This document shows positions 1 to 13,286 of a stretch of DNA of 64,000 nt, one piece after another. The DNA lies in assembly GCA_002633005.1 (NCBI GenBank), contig NMRA01000192.1, forward strand, positions 409,140 through 473,139, read 5' to 3'. Both the position numbers and the translations under genes were made by a program. Under the pieces are notes generated by a model, which had not been told where the DNA came from, made no database searches, and worked only from the letters and a program-made list of their open reading frames with translations. Source of the DNA: Phoronis australis (Eukaryota; Animalia; Phoronida). The stretch's first letter is position 1; every line of letters starts with the position of its first letter.

Positions 1-34
1 CCCCCCCCCTTGTGATATCCTAGATCCGCCACTG
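1..34. mobile_element. Right end of a MITE family A copy, cut by the window edge
   Basis: CCCCCCCCCTTGTGATATCCTAGATCCGCCACTG matches the end of 54039-54361. Confidence 0.7.
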
Positions 35-931
35 CGTGTACAGTTGGAATGGTTTAGCTGCAACCTGTTGACAATTTGGTAGATATATTTTGAAAAATCT
101 TGGTTTTGGCAGGTTTTACTTTCCCGTCTATTTACAAGAGAAGCGCGTGTGAATTGGTTTGTTTACTTACCCTAGTTAAATATCAAAACACGTGAACGAC
201 ATCTGTACGGTGTGTCGGTGGAGAGGCCAAGGGCGGGGTTAGGTCTTTTCAACCCGTGACTAAGTCAGGGAAATCCGTTCATCCTGCGTGGCAACATGTA
301 TCCTTGAGCATTCAATACTGGAAAAGTCCCCGTATTTCATGTTGCATATTTTTATAAAGAAGCAAATTCCGATGCGTTCTTAATAAAATATTTTTGAGCA
401 AGAGGTGGCGCGGTATGTAGATTTTTGCCAATCACAAGTTCATAAATTCAGAAGGTGTAGAACAGTTTCACCATAGCCTCCATGTTTGTTGTTGTGGGTG
501 AATGGTGCCTACATTCTCCAACAGTAAATCCATATCGTTAAATGAGTTATTTGGGACGAAATCAGTGATTGTGTAAAGAAAGATTTTCTTTAGATAGTAA
601 AGACAGTGTTAAACATTCTTCATGTCATCAGTTCTCTTGATGTGAGTACATGTATATACCCTCTGGCTTCTAACAGAAGGATAATTGCAGGCGGTCTGGT
701 ACACGTTGTTCTAGACGTGTGCAGGCCGCTCAGGTGGTACTACGAATACTTTTAAAATTTTAACTTAAATGTGCTATTACAGTTGTATTTTGAGACTAGT
801 AGTAGGGCTCAAACTTTCTACTTCTAAAGAGTCCTCACTGAATTGATTTGATGACCAATATAATCGCACTGTTTTTTTTTATTTCTGCTTCCAAGTGAAA
901 GTACATTTTTGATTTTTCATGAAAATATGTA

Positions 932-980
932 CATCATCGTCACCGTCGTCATCATCATCGTCATCGTCATAATCATCCAT

Positions 981-1015
<35 letters not shown>

Positions 1016-1023
1016 CCATCATC
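932..1023. repeat. (CAT)n / (CGT)n microsatellite
   Basis: Directly visible trinucleotide repeat; explains the poly-His ORF 909-1142. Confidence 0.95.
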
Positions 1024-2071
1024 TTACAACAACATCATATTTAATCCATTCCCCGTACTCTTTTTGTCACCTTATGAAGTATGTTCTATTTAGAAGCACT
1101 TCCAAAAACCTAAATATTGTACTTACTGAACACCCAAGTTGACTTTTTCAGAGGTCAAAATCTTCCGGGGGTTTTGGTCAAGTGTTTTTATCATAATCAG
1201 TCAGACAGTCTCTGCAAAACACTATGCCCCAAGCCTGCACTCTTTTGGTTAAAATTCCCAAACTTCAGTCATAGAGGTAACTTTTTCCATGTTATTCGAA
1301 TACATTTTTCTTAGCTTTTTCCGGTCTATACCGGTATTTACTGATATCCTCCCCCATGGCTACCGACTAAAGTTCCCTGTCCAGGTTCCTGTTTTTCAGG
1401 TAAGCTGTCATCTTGTACAAATTTATCGATTTGTTTAAAACGAGGGTTTCCAAAATTCAGCCATGAAAGATTTGTAACAGCGTTATGAAATTAACTGGCA
1501 GCGATGTCAGTTTGGTATTACGTCTCTGGTTACAACTTTAATTATAATAATATTGTTAGGTGTTCGGAATGCTAGTTACAAAATTCACCACCAGGAACGT
1601 TCTGCGATTCAGAAATTTGCCTTAAATGTGTGCCTTAATGTGAAAACATAACAGAATGTTGAAGACTTTGGAAAGATACTTGCAGTATCACCTTTTTTGG
1701 ACGTCTATCCTTACTGCTTTTAAAAATGTCGTACATATATGCCATGTGCTACATTTTGTAAAACACGGTGGTTTGTGACGTCATAAGACAACCCCTCCCT
1801 TCCTAACCCCCAAATGGCCACAGAAGTGGGTTTAAAAGCCATGACCTAATACACACAGTTTGGACAGGACCACATGTAGCTCGTGAGCAAAGCAGTATGC
1901 AAATGTAGAGTAAGCAAGTCACTTTTCACTTTGCGCTCCATAGAAACCCGGCAATAAAACACAGCAAAAACGTCTGAGGACAGATTGGTATTACTGCGTG
2001 AATATTGGGACATGTCTTGACGCAGGACCTCAAAACATTCATGAAGTTCACGAAAACAACAACGGATTTAA

Positions 2072-2119
2072 AACTTGACATGTTTCGGTGTCATTTATTA
2101 AACACCATCCTCAGAAGTC
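2072..2119 (-). ncRNA. Minimal type I hammerhead ribozyme (inverted copy)
   Basis: Reverse complement of the left arm reads GACUUCUGAGGAUGGUGUUUAAUAAAUGACACCGAAACAUGUCAAGUU; the only difference is in loop II. Confidence 0.75.
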
Positions 2120-2145
2120 ATAATACAGTGGCCACCTAGTATTAT

Positions 2146-2193
2146 GACTTCTGAGGATGGTGTTTAATAAACGACACCGAAACATGTCAAGTT
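2146..2193 (+). ncRNA. Minimal type I hammerhead ribozyme
   Basis: GACUU-CUGAGGA-U-GGUGU(loop)ACACC-GAAA-C-AU-GUC-AAGUU. Stem I GACUU/AAGUU, stem II GGUGU/ACACC, 2-bp stem III with palindromic ACAUGU. Predicted cleavage after C2188. Confidence 0.75.
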
Positions 2194-4388
2194 TTAAAAC
2201 CGTTGTTGTTTTCGTGAACATATGCTGTTACTTGCTATCATGGAGATTCATGAAGTTCGTTTCATCACTTTCTTATCCCATTGTTGTGATCAATAGGAAA
2301 CAAGATGCAAAGTTACATTGGCAAAGTACCATCATCAGATTCCGGATAATAAACTACTCGTTACATGAAATTGACGGAAATATCAAAATCTCCGGGAAAA
2401 AACTACTTCGTGTCTCGTCATGTTCAAACAAGTAGGTTGGAGAGGAACAAGAGGGCAAATTCCGGTCTTTAACAAGCTTTGCAAAACCCGGTTTCCTTTT
2501 TGTCGAGTTCTGCCTGTTATTCAAATATAAAACACTCGTCCTGGGGAAGGAAGCTGGAAAGAGCTTAATAATATAACACTAGTTTCGTTAATCTTCCACT
2601 GTTTTGGAGTTACATTAGCTACGCGCCAAACTACTTAAGGGACCTTCCATCAGCGGAAACGTTACCAAGGTTACAGCGATCGATGCTTTTAGAAAACTTG
2701 AGTTTAATGCGACTTGTAAAGATCAAGGTCTTTATCAATAAATTTAACGCAATTCGCTCAGATTTGTACTTAATGCATTTGTCGAGGTCTTCAACCAGTA
2801 TATGGGAGTTCTTTGGAAATGTGAAATCGGACTTTCCATTCTGTGTCTTAAGATACCTTGAAAGTTTGTATATCTCAGCTTCCGGTCTCAAATTTCAAAT
2901 CTGATTTCCGTAGAAGCTTTCGGATGCTTCTGTGTACCATGTTCAGTGGGTTTAAGCACCCTATGGTTGCGTATGCGCAACCCAAATCGCGCAGATGAAA
3001 AGAGGAATATAGATCATGTAGAAGGAGCAACCATTACGCATGTGCAAAATTCTAGGTGTGAATCAAGCGTTTTTGTTGTTTTTGGATTTGAAAAATACTC
3101 CTCAGTCAGCTTCAGGCTTGTTGTCGACAGAGTGTATAATACTTGAAAATATGAGTATACTGGGCAAACGTCTTCAGAAACCTTCCAACAAAAATAATTC
3201 ACAGCAATTTTTCCATTTTAAAAATTCAAAAGTGCAGCAAGCTCCACCTAAAACTTTTAAAAATACACGAAGTTTTCAGCGCGTGTCGACCAGTTGGATG
3301 TTCTTTCAAATCTGAACTGTTCAAGGGATACGCGAATTTCCTGCCGAATTTCACTTGCAAGCAAAGGTTTAGGAAAGCCACAACCCAGAATGTGGGCCAA
3401 AGGGCCAGAAAGTTGAGAACAGGTCCAGAATTCAAATGCTGTACAGATTTTAAAATACCTAGTCAACTCAACAATTGCCAATTTCTCGTTGAATTTTGGG
3501 GAAATAAATGACTGGCTCGAAAACTATGGAGAGGCACTGTATTTTTTGTTTACTTCAATCAGAAATTTCGATTACAATTCAAATTCCTTGTTTCTACCCT
3601 ATGTGTTCTTTTGTATTTTTGAATTTTGCGAAATAAGTGGTGGTTCCCTATTTTAAAACTTGTTATATTTCGTCTACAGTAATGATCGTTTACTGAAGAA
3701 CTACCAAGTTCGATATTAAAAATTCCTTGCGACCCCCTGAAGTATCGCCGTACAATGTCTGCACAGTGAATTACTCAAACAGCGCGTCTTCATTTCCGCT
3801 CACCTTTATTGCAAAAAGTTACTTACAACTTGCACTAGAGGAGCCCATTAGTCATTTGACTCTACCTTTATATACACGCAAGAATTGATGCGCGTAGCAA
3901 AGTTAAAAAATTCACTTAGGTAACATTATAGCTAAAGTCATTAGCAAAAGCAAACAACGAAACCAGACACCGTTTTTAAGTGTGACAAAGATTAGACCTG
4001 GTCTACAAATCATCCACTGCCCTTGAACATAAAATTTGACTAGTCGGATAATTAAATAAATTTCTTTAATGTAATAAATGTCAATGGAAATGGGAAACAA
4101 TGGTAATGACGATTTTTGATTTATTCTTGTATTTAAAAAAATCAATTTGACATTCGTGCAGTCGACCTAATGACTCTTGTATGAGGACCTATTCAGATTT
4201 TCTGAAACTGTTTTTTCGCTGTAAGACAGAACGAAATTCTCAATTTATGTTAATTCTGTTGACCCACAGGTGAATAAATAACTATTTTATTTTCATTCGG
4301 CGTTGTTAATGTTATGCTGCGCCTCATCAACATAAAATGATCGGTTACAACCTTGTTTTTTTTCGCATTCGTTTTAGGCCCAAACAGA

Positions 4389-4460
4389 AACACGAATTTT
4401 AAGATGAGCGCGTAACATGTCTGTATTTACTTAATACGCCCTCATCTTAAAATTCGTGTT
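4389..4460. repeat. Short inverted repeat (26-bp arms, 20-nt loop)
   Basis: AACACGAATTTTAAGATGAGCGCGTA versus TACGCCCTCATCTTAAAATTCGTGTT, one mismatch. Confidence 0.85.
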
Positions 4461-7400
4461 GCTTTTTTATTTGAGTTAAAAGTATTTTTAATTATTCTTA
4501 TCGTCATCATTATTATTGTTACTGTTTTTTATTGTTGATTTATTTAGCCATTATTGATATTATTGTAATTCTGCTGATATTATTATTGATCATGATTTTA
4601 GTATCGCCATTATCATAGTTGCAATATTATTAAATTTCTTGTATTTATCGTTATGCAAATGCACGGTATTATTATGAGGGGGTTAAAGCAAGTCAAAAAT
4701 AAAAACGAATAATTAACAGACGCTCTTACATGTATAACAGTCTATTTTGAAGTTTCAGTCCATGTATTCCACTTAGAACATTGATGTCAGCTATTTTCTT
4801 ATCTCTTCCACGTATAACGTACATTAGGAAATGTACTACTTCAATGAACTAAAATCGTGAAAATCACGTTTAGATAAGGTAGCTGCATGTAAGTCTTTGC
4901 AAACACGCGAAATGCAAACTGACGAAAAATTTGCGTTGTGTGTTTTAGTCTTTCACGACACGAAACTGCCTCATTAGTCAGGTAGATAGCACGCAATGCA
5001 TTTCGTGGCAAAAGTTGCCAGGACGCCTTGAGCGCGGATATTTACTACACGTTGGCAAAGGCATCGCAAGCAAGAACTACTGCTGTTGAGCGGCTAAAAT
5101 TACACGCAAACCCTTCCTTCCGTATTGACAAAACGTGCTATCAACAATAAAACGACAAAATGTTTACAGCATTGCTTTTATATCTTCTCTGCCTGTCGCC
5201 GAATCTTCCCAAACGCAGTTATAAAAACATTCACCGGGCGAAATTTAACGGTAAATACACAATCACTTTGGTACGCCACGTAGCTCGTGGCGAGTTCTAG
5301 AACGTAACTACTACCCATGTTTTTCTTTTTTGCTGTTGGTTCTCTTTAATCCAGCCGTGGCATGAAAACTGTTTTTCAGAACTTAAACTTATGGTCGGGT
5401 TGTACATTTAAGTTTCTGGTTGTTCGTGCGTTTTCAAGACAGCAAGTGTCACAGTGCGAAGAACGTAAGACACTAAACTTAATTCCATAAGCTACATGTA
5501 TTAAAGAGTTTCACTTGCCGAAAATTAGACCTGCAATTTGATTATGGGATTTTAGAATTCCAGCTCACACGTTACTGTTTACATGTCAAAAATAAGTACA
5601 AAGAAACAATGCGTGAATGTTGATATTACATGACGCATTTATTTGTTTTCAGTTGGGCTCCTGTGTTCCTTTGGAAAATAAATTGCTCTTCTGTGCAATG
5701 CCACACACCATTGCTAAAATGTGTTTCTTCAGACCGTTTTCTGGTCCCTCCCTTTACCTCGCTATTCAAAATGGTAGCTTACGTGGTAAATCTGGGCCCG
5801 GCTGGTCAAGACTTTAAATTACTAAAGGAACAAGACAGTACCCATTACCTAGCATTCACATGGCATTGATACATGGCGAGTAAAACAACGCCTATGCAGG
5901 TAATAGGACGCCAGGATCGACGGGTGTCAATCAAGGTTCGACGTTTACGATAGACGTTGAGTGCAATTGCGTTAGATAATAGTTTTTTTCCATGTACAGA
6001 ACATAATGTAATTCAGTGTTTCTTAGAATTATTCCCTACACAGCAAAGCAAGCGCTATATGTTACTACAACATTTCTCAAGCGGATATAATACAGTATTC
6101 CATTCTTCCTGTTCCAATGAAATCATAAGGATCGCTTCCGAGTATTCCTGCATCCTATGCCAGAAGGATTTTGTTGACGAAGAAGTGGCTTTTGAGAAAT
6201 TAAGTTTATTTTTCCTGACTAGTTGTGTAATAAACATCGAGTACGGGAAATTCCCAATGACCGTCATCTCCTCAAGTGGTCCAGGATAATGGGTAGCCGA
6301 TTCTGGATTTAGTTAGGGTTGGTGTATCGTCGTCACTCGGTGTTCGTGCATACGTGTACAGTACATGTAGGTAATCGTGAAAGTATTGCTCTTCTTGACT
6401 GAGTATTGTATTGCAAATACTGCAGTCAAGCTGTTTTCTGCATTAATCGTAGCTAGATTTAAAATGAAGATAACCAGATCAGTTCTAGTGATTATTTTTT
6501 GAAAAGTGGTGCAACGGAATCCCTTCGAACCAAATCAAGCTACGCAAAGGTCAAGCCCTGCGTTTTACAGCGGTTGTACCCAAAAATGTTAATAATAATA
6601 TTCTGCCGAGGCAATAGTCGCAGATTGTTTTTCAGCACGTAATTGCTAGAGAGAAAAAAATGTCGCTGTCTGCTTTAACTGCAAAGACCAATACACGTTG
6701 AGAACTAGTACACATAGCTTCAAATGTAACCAGTCGCACAGCTCCAGCACAAATACTGGGGATTTTTAAACAAACTTGCTGTTCAAAGGCGGAGAATCAT
6801 TAACGGAATGGGTTACATTCAAGAAGCAATGAGGACTGATCACGTGGGACCAGTGACTCATGTCGCCACCTAGTTGTACCAGGAGCTTTGTGGTTGCAGC
6901 GAGTGATTTAGGGAAACAATTTGACTTCTTGAAAAGACCTTTTTATAATGTATGAGATAATGCATCGTATGTTTTAAACAAAAGTTGTAAAGTGTCATCT
7001 CGTCTGGCAATGGTATCCGGTACCACATGACCAGTCGCCACCTTGCATTTCTATGTTTCCTGCATATGTATATATATACAGTAGATTGTGTTGAAAATGG
7101 ATGCAACAGTTGAATGAGAGGGGCTCACTCAAAGGATCATGCGCAAAATGTAGAAATACTAGCTATGGAAAACCCACAAGCAAACTTAGGCGTGGTTTTT
7201 CTCTTACAGTGTATTACAGCCAACTTCATCATGTTTTCTGTCTAGTACATGTCTTTCAAAGGAAACGCTGGTATTCAGTCCTTGAATACAAAAATCCATT
7301 TTCTGTTTTTTCATATCTGAGAGTATTTTGTTGAATATTTTGGGAACACCTTTTTCAGAAAACATTATAAATAATGTCCACGCCTTAGTAAACACTGACA

Positions 7401-10400
7401 ATTCTCATAGATGAATCCATTATGGTCATTGCAACCTCTGATCGTTTTTGTTTGTATGTGATCAATTTCTGTACGCTGAACAACAGAAGTGAAATCTGTA
7501 TTGACCTATAGGTCACTCCATGGCCATCTTCGCATTATATGCAATAGTGTTGGTGAGTGCGTCTGCTTCTAAGCACGTAGTAAACAATTAGATACGGTTA
7601 CGAGTAATAAGTAACCCTTAAGTCAGTGTATTTCTTTCATACTTTTGTTTTCCATCAGTGCATTTTGACCATTGAAGGTAAAAGTGATGTGTCTTTTATC
7701 ATAATTGGATTACACCATAGTGTACATCAAACAAATTAAAGTAAAGAAAACTGTGAAGAGTTCAACCAGATGAAGGAACAAACTGCAAGTAAGGTGGGTG
7801 AATTGAACTCAAGCTGCAGAAAATGCTTTTGTTGGCGTGCATTCAGTTTGATTTCTACCTCTTCTTAACGATAAGTTGTAAAATTCCTGGTTTCACTCAA
7901 TTGTACAAAAAGCTTTCCATTATGCAACCCTTACGTTAACACCATTTGCACGCAAGAGTGGACGAAAGCGCGCGTATCTTTCACCCCATAGTCTCGAGCG
8001 AAGTTCTCGGCGCATCAAAGGCTTAATAGCACAGCCACAGATTAAATAGAGCTTGTTTCTATTCATGGGCTTGGCCGAATGTGTATTGGATGAGATAGTT
8101 GCTGTCCTAACAACACGCCTGTTAAGCGTCCGATAGCAAAGTCAAAAAAACGATCACAATAAGTAAGACAAACGACCACCAAGATTGTTTTTAAATTGAA
8201 AAGTAAATAATAGCCGTCTTCGAATTTTTTGAAATCGGTGCATTATTAGAGAAATTAGCGAAATGGTTTTCTTCAACAGCGAAGCTGAGCTACACGCGTT
8301 CATTAACTCGTATGAAAGGAGAGTTAGTCGCAGTCTGGCTTAGGCGCGATTATAGCGTTGGGGTGACAAAAGGCGAAATGCTAGCGCACGAGAAACCTCA
8401 TGCGATGTTCACTTGCTGGCGTAAGCAACCTAAAGAATCTTGCTGTATTTTTGTTCAATTTGTGTCACTCAACCGCAGCGTGGCGCTGTGAACTAATCTA
8501 TAAAGAGAAAAGTCTTGCCTATAATTGGACTACGGCGGTCTTTGGGAAGAGGTTTGGAATAGTTTGAAACTGAGTTACTAGTATCAACACTTTATCAAAT
8601 CTTGAAATCATGAACCATTTTTATAAAGTTTGATATTCATTTATGCAAGTGAACAAACGTCAGACAAATCGCTGTCTCACTTTCAAATCAGCAAAACAAC
8701 ACAGAAATGGCAGTGTATGATCACTGAACGCGATACGCGTTGCCCGTCAACTAAATCTAGGCAGGCAGTGAGAATTTTAGATCGGACTGAGCTCCTGGAC
8801 CGACGACTGTCACAATAAGCGCATCCAATGTTAACAGTGATATAACGACAGATCCATTGATTTTCTGATGTCAATGTAAATTTGGTTTAATTATGGAATT
8901 TCCTTGCTGAGCTAATGGATGTTTTATTACGCTTTATTATTTTACACGATATACATGAATTAGACATTAAAGTCTAATGACCTACCTGCTAATGAAAAGA
9001 CTAATTTATTGGCAAAACAAGAATCTTCCGCCAAAAATAAGAAATACGTCTACAGTTAAGTGGTGACTACACAATCACGTCGTAACAAACATAATTTTGC
9101 AATGAAAATACGCCAATGAACAAACGCATGTCTTAAAACGAAACACGAAAGTAGGATTGTGAGTGAATGTAGAGACCATCTCGTCTCGTGGACTTTTGAT
9201 TTGATTCACCCAAGTACTAATGTTTCCTACCGCTACATTTCTGTAAACCTGTCAAGGAAAACAATTTTCTGATTTACTAACCAAGGCCCTCCAGAGTACA
9301 AACGCACTGAATACCTTTGATGCATGTCAGGTACTTCTGTAAGTGCGCCTTGAGCATTTTCATGGAAATCGAGCGAAAGTGTGAAGGCACTGCAAAAGTA
9401 CGCTTCTATGGAAGTATTTAGTTTGCATGAACATTCCTAGGGCAACTGCGTGTACTAGTCTGGATGGTGTTGTAATAGGATTGATTGTTTGATAATGAAA
9501 TCAAAAGAAGAAGTACTACCGAAACAGATGAATGTATTTTACAAAACCGAAAACGTACGATCAATTTTTCTGAGCCGAAAACAGGCCATAATCTGTTCAT
9601 TATTTTACAATTCATTTGGTTGTGCGTCACGATACAGTAGTCAGAACTCTTTCTTGAAAACAATAGTTATGCGATAACGGGCAGAACGAGAATCACTGGG
9701 TACATAAGCGGGGAATTACATGTTCGAAAGAGAAAATAAAAAAATAACGCTGGGACCTCGCGAGGACCAAGCTAGAAAAGTAAGACTTCGCCAGATTACG
9801 CGAGATGTTGCCGCGTATTTTAAACGAAATCATGTGATTTTGGCAAGACTTTTCTAGCTGCGAGACAGTTCCTGAACTTTACCCAGGTTTAGTATCCCAC
9901 ATGTAAACGTTCGTTAGAATTTTAATGACCAGCCTTGTTATCGTCCCCCTCTAAATCGGAAAGCAGACCTGCTTTCTGATCAGACGTTATCTACTTTATA
10001 GAACGTTCACGTGAACACGGGATAAGGTACGTGTTGGGGCTAGGCGTGAGTGGTTGGTAGCATATAGAACACATAGTTTTTGAGGTGCGTTATACTGCGT
10101 TTTCTTGAGGTATTATTATACGAATTAGGCAAATAAAACGTGTAAGCAGTATGCGGACCAGCCGCGTAAAACGAACATCTGTTAAGGCTTTCTAACAGTC
10201 TTCTCATAAGTAATCCGCGTAACATTAAAGTGCAAAATGTCAACATTTTTGCCATTCACATGCCATTACCATGGGCGAAAAAGTTATTCCGCAGGTTGTA
10301 CGTCTCGGGAATATGTAGCCATTTCACGATAAGAAGGCAGAAACGCCGTCTGGTCAGGAGTTGGCGATAAAGTGGCAGAACTAGCGTCTAGAGAGCGTTC

Positions 10401-11772
10401 ACATGTGAAAATAATCGAGACTGTGTTTAAGATAGCAAATCAGGCGTTTCTGATGGGACGACATGGTACTAAGTGATTTGTTATACGGCCAATATTGGGA
10501 GGGCTGTAAAAAGGGTTTTACGATGGTTTGATTGCACTGCCGATTCTTCTTTGACGTAAAAACACAAGAATTATACCTGCACTTGCGACTTACGACAATT
10601 GCTGTCACCACAAGAACTTACTTAAAGTACACAAAGATCTTTTACAACAATTTTTCTTGGTATTTTGTCCTGTGATCGGTGTACTCATTATTGTACATTG
10701 CGTTGCTTGTGCCAATGTTTGGTTTGCTAGTTGTTTCATAGTCATAGCATTTGGAAAAGTCAAGTGTAAACCTTGAGGATGAAAAAATATTTTCATAGAT
10801 CCGGAACCAATAGACCGTTTTTCATTTGTTTTCTTTTATGGTCTATGTCTGCAATGAGACATTTAGAATGTGAATTAAGCCCCGATAAAAAGACTTATAA
10901 TTGGCTACAAATTCAGTATCGCGTACAATTCATAGAGATAGGTTTTCAAAATAACGCATTTTAGCTTATACGCTCAATCACGTAACTGAAATTCAAAAAT
11001 AGTGCATCAGTTATGTTACGTTTACATGGCAGTTGAAAGGTTTACTAAATCTCCAAGGTGCGAGATGTTCTGGTATACATGTATGGAGTGCCTGGGTGTT
11101 CCTCATCACTTTAACACCGTGTTGTGCTTTTAAACTAAGATGCTCCACGTCAGGAGGTTGTACAGATCGGTCCAGTTCAATTTGTTCCGCGCGCAAGTCA
11201 ATTCTCCTTCAAACCAGTTTCAACTGCCGAGTGTTTGATTGCTCGGACATTTTCCAAATTACCTCCAGCTTATGGCTACAAATGGAGTGCGACTGATTGC
11301 TTAATCTTTTTTCTTCTTATTTCAAAAATGATCTTTTGTCCCTTTTTAAACACTCGCCACTTCCTGGCGGCAACATGAATCTTTAACTAGAATTTCAGGT
11401 ACATTCAAGCTTTTTAGGTCAGCAAAAGAAATCCCACTGCTTGGCACATACTATTTCGAGGAATCTGAAGTGTGCTGATACTTCGAGTGCGTTTTCTTCT
11501 GGAGTACATGTATATAATAGTCGTAAGCTAGTAGTGGACTTTCATGTAGGTTGAATACGTATTTTAGTTGTATTTGATTTATACTGACCATAAATTGTAG
11601 AAAGGGACATTTTGAAAGTAGTACTCTTAAACTGTGGGAAAGTTTTATGAAGTACATGTACTTGCACGTGTTTCATATAATATGGATTTTTATCAAGAGC
11701 CCTGAGTTAGGTCTGTCACCTACACAACGACAGAGTGGTCGTTCAAACCGCCTGTATAAAAAATAAGGATCA

Positions 11773-12003
11773 GGAGACAGTGTGGCTGAGAGGTTTGAGC
11801 AACGGGCTCTCGTTTCGGAGACGCAGGTTCGAATCCTGGCTAACTGGCAGACACTCGAGCACACGGCACAAAGGTGTCTCCTTCTCTGAGCTTGGTATTA
11901 CTGTTGATTGTGTGCAGGGAAGTGCATGAGAACCTGGATATAATGCGAATGCGATTTCTGGGGCAGTGCGCACATTAGATAAAAAATACGCTTAAAAATA
12001 AGG
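11773..12003 (+). mobile_element. tRNA-derived SINE
   Basis: Box A TGGCTGAGAGG (11783-11793) and box B GGTTCGAATCC (11826-11836), then a ~150-nt non-tRNA body and an A-rich end. AAAAATAAGG occurs on both sides (possible TSD). No clean cloverleaf. Confidence 0.7.
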
Positions 12004-13210
12004 TTTCTGTACTTAGAAGACCGCAAGTGGTTGCAGAATTCGAAAATTGCAACTGACACAATTCAGATATCGCTCAAGTTTTCGTTCGTACTAAGCCCAG
12101 TCGATTCATCAGATGACTCCAAAATTCTCATAACTTGATATTCTCCTAAAACTCATTAAGTTTAATACCAATTCATGAAATATAGCTTTGCCATACTAAT
12201 CGACGTCATGAATGTAAGTAAACAGCAGTCAATTCAGATTTTGCCTAATAACATTAGGAGGTGAAGTGTTCTTACTCGAGAATTCTTAGTTGTGGAACAT
12301 TGGCATCGGATATGACTTGGTCGCACCATGTCTGCAAAATGACAAGAGCGGTGTGAGCAAGCGTTAAGAGCATGCGCAAGCAATACCACTGTAGTTGTCA
12401 CACCGATTTTCAAAGAAAGGCTACGACGGCGGAAAAGTTAGTGCATTTGTACAGGAAACTGTTCGACACTTCTCTCTAACCTGCAAGCTATTTTTCACGT
12501 TCTCTTTCAACTCATTAGTTTGTATACATGCATGGCAATTTTTAAAGCACTCAGGTGGAGAAAAAAATGATGGTTCCCTGTCACGAAAGACGTCTTGTCA
12601 ATTGAAAGGCGCAAAAGCTGTACACATGAAAAACGGATGGCTTTCCTCGTCAGGGAAATGATAGATCACGCTTGAAATGCGGAGAGCGTTTATGATGATA
12701 CGAGCGGATATCTTTATGAATGCAGAAGTCAAGTATGTGCAAACATTGTCACTCAGAGATGGGCGGTGAATTGAACACGCACGCCACAGAAAACACTTCG
12801 TTATTAATATTCCATAACTGAGCTGCACGTATCCGGAACTTAGAGTTAATTTAAAAAATTATCTCAACAGGCCAAGTGTGACGGAAATCTTAGCACTAAA
12901 GTGACGTCTATAATACCGGTGTCGACGGCGTGTATTTGTCATATATTCTGTTGTTTGTGTCTATCAAAGTGCGAATACATTACACGTCGTAATTTAGTTG
13001 GTACTCACGAAATTCGAGCAACATTTCCGCCAGGCGCTTTTGCATACTTCGCGGTCAGCCCCAGCATCGCAAACACCTCCAAGCACTCTTGAACTGGGAA
13101 CAGTGATCTTCGAGGTAGACATATTTGATTGGGGAATCTTTTGGATGTCCACGTCGCACATAATCTCTCTGGAGTATGCGTACATATATTTCGATCACGT
13201 GTCTCCTGTT

Positions 13211-13213
13211 ATT

Positions 13214-13254
<41 letters not shown>

Positions 13255-13286
13255 CGTTGCTGTTGTTGTTGTTGTTGTTGTTGTTG
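13211..13286. repeat. (GTT)n microsatellite
   Basis: Directly visible; explains the poly-V, poly-C and poly-N ORFs. Confidence 0.95.

Larger units (their letters stand above)
2050..2245. mobile_element. Penelope-like retroelement terminal-repeat fragment with internal inversion
   Basis: 81-bp inverted arms (2046-2126 / 2139-2219, 2 mismatches, 12-nt spacer), flanked by an exact 13-bp direct repeat ATTCATGAAGTTC (2037-2049, 2246-2258). Contains hammerhead motifs typical of Penelope-like terminal repeats. Confidence 0.75.

Noticed and set aside
909-1142. Poly-His ORF
   Set aside because: Translation of a (CAT)n microsatellite; no domain or splice support.
2631-3481. ORF cluster next to the hammerhead hairpin as a possible Penelope RT or GIY-YIG gene
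   Set aside because: No RT or endonuclease motifs in the frames I translated, and it lies outside the 13-bp TSD.
5957-6289. 110-aa ORF with an overlapping antisense ORF
   Set aside because: No motif or splice evidence; non-ATG start.
12070-12116. Further hammerhead candidate on the minus strand (CTGATGA...GAAA)
   Set aside because: Stem II is poor, and there is no stem III/UH cleavage triplet or stem I.
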